25,719 nucleotides of DNA, from contig JASLZZ010000071.1 of assembly GCA_030754595.1 (NCBI GenBank), forward strand, positions 1-25,719. Reading direction: 5' to 3'. Below the pieces are notes generated by a model, which was not told the origin of the DNA, searched no databases, and worked only from the letters and a program-made list of their open reading frames with translations. The translations under genes and the position numbers were made by a program. Of this stretch, positions 25,372 through 25,719 are shown piece after piece (the first letter of the stretch is position 1; the number at the start of each line of letters is the position of its first letter). The stretch is from Nitrospinota bacterium (GTDB taxonomy: Bacteria > UBA8248).

Positions 25372-25412
25372 CCCAAACAAAAACCCCCGCGCCCAATGGT
25401 TGAGCGCGGGGG
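25372..25412 (-). terminator. Terminator-like hairpin, near-copy of 13427..13466
   Basis: Plus strand CCCAAACAAAAACCCCCGCGCCCAATGGTTGAGCGCGGGGG; on the minus strand it is a hairpin followed by TTTTTGTTT. Confidence 0.65.
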
Positions 25413-25580
25413 AATTGTGGTTCTCTAGCTCTTACTTTTTTCCTGCATCTGCCGAGCCTTTAAATTACCTCCGCTCTACAGAGAAACCCGGGTCCGGATA
25501 CAAAACGTCTACCTTGCCTCGTAATGTGACTCTTTATTAGCATTGGCATTCCTTTAAAGGTTATTTAGCATATAAATATA

Positions 25581-25719
25581 AGGGCACCTCTAAAAACCTC
25601 CCCTATTTCATCTCTGATGTGATCCAATAGAATCCTCCCGCCCCGGAGGATAGATGATGACCTCACAGCCAGGATTTTTCGACCTTGATGCCCGGCATGC
25701 GCTTTTGAGTGATGGAGGC
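25581..25719 (+). mobile_element. IS5-family element, left end (partial), diverged relative of 4270..5520
   Basis: Left IR AGGGCACCTCTAAAAA. The transposase starts at ATG 25654 (MMTSQPGFFDLDARHALLSDGG). About 12 differences over ~139 bp versus the first copy, counted by eye. Confidence 0.92.

Noticed and set aside
25205..25396. Long N-terminal extensions in the ORF track (also 7370-7465, 23008-23172, 505-591, 4308-4343)
   Set aside because: Downstream starts have clear RBSs and match where the family domains or signal peptides begin; the extensions have no motif support.
4270..25719. Composite transposon bounded by the two IS5 copies
   Set aside because: The copies are only about 91% identical over the comparable part, the cargo includes housekeeping-type genes, and the outer end of copy 2 is outside the window.

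Overview
GC-rich window from a diderm bacterium (it encodes an outer-membrane beta-barrel and a lipoprotein), with a mosaic accessory character. It holds the right end of an IS3-family element, one complete and one partial IS5-family element, and about 22 other genes. In order: two paralogous small membrane proteins (one clipped by the IS3), a glycine-zipper lipoprotein, a decayed hybrid histidine kinase, an isolated grdC directly followed by IS5, an OM beta-barrel, and a four-gene cluster (two acyl-CoA-dehydrogenase-fold flavoproteins with Asp at the catalytic-base position, a metal-ligand-less M24-fold protein, a 3-hydroxyacyl-CoA dehydrogenase-family protein). Then come a TPR pseudogene whose last 45 bp recur about 1 kb downstream around a secreted repeat-protein gene, an alpha/beta hydrolase with Ala at the nucleophile site, a frameshifted quinone oxidoreductase, yeeE-yeeD, SCO, an SDR with pentapeptide-repeat insertions, hemQ/chdC, DsbA, an unusual beta-domain/cytochrome c' fusion, a cupredoxin-like exported protein and a class V PLP enzyme. 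No rRNA, tRNA or CRISPR array was seen. The best novelty candidates are the nitroalkane-oxidase-like flavoprotein cluster, the cytochrome c' fusion, the repeat-flanked islet and the pentapeptide-repeat SDR. All family calls are from motif recognition by eye, not database searches.
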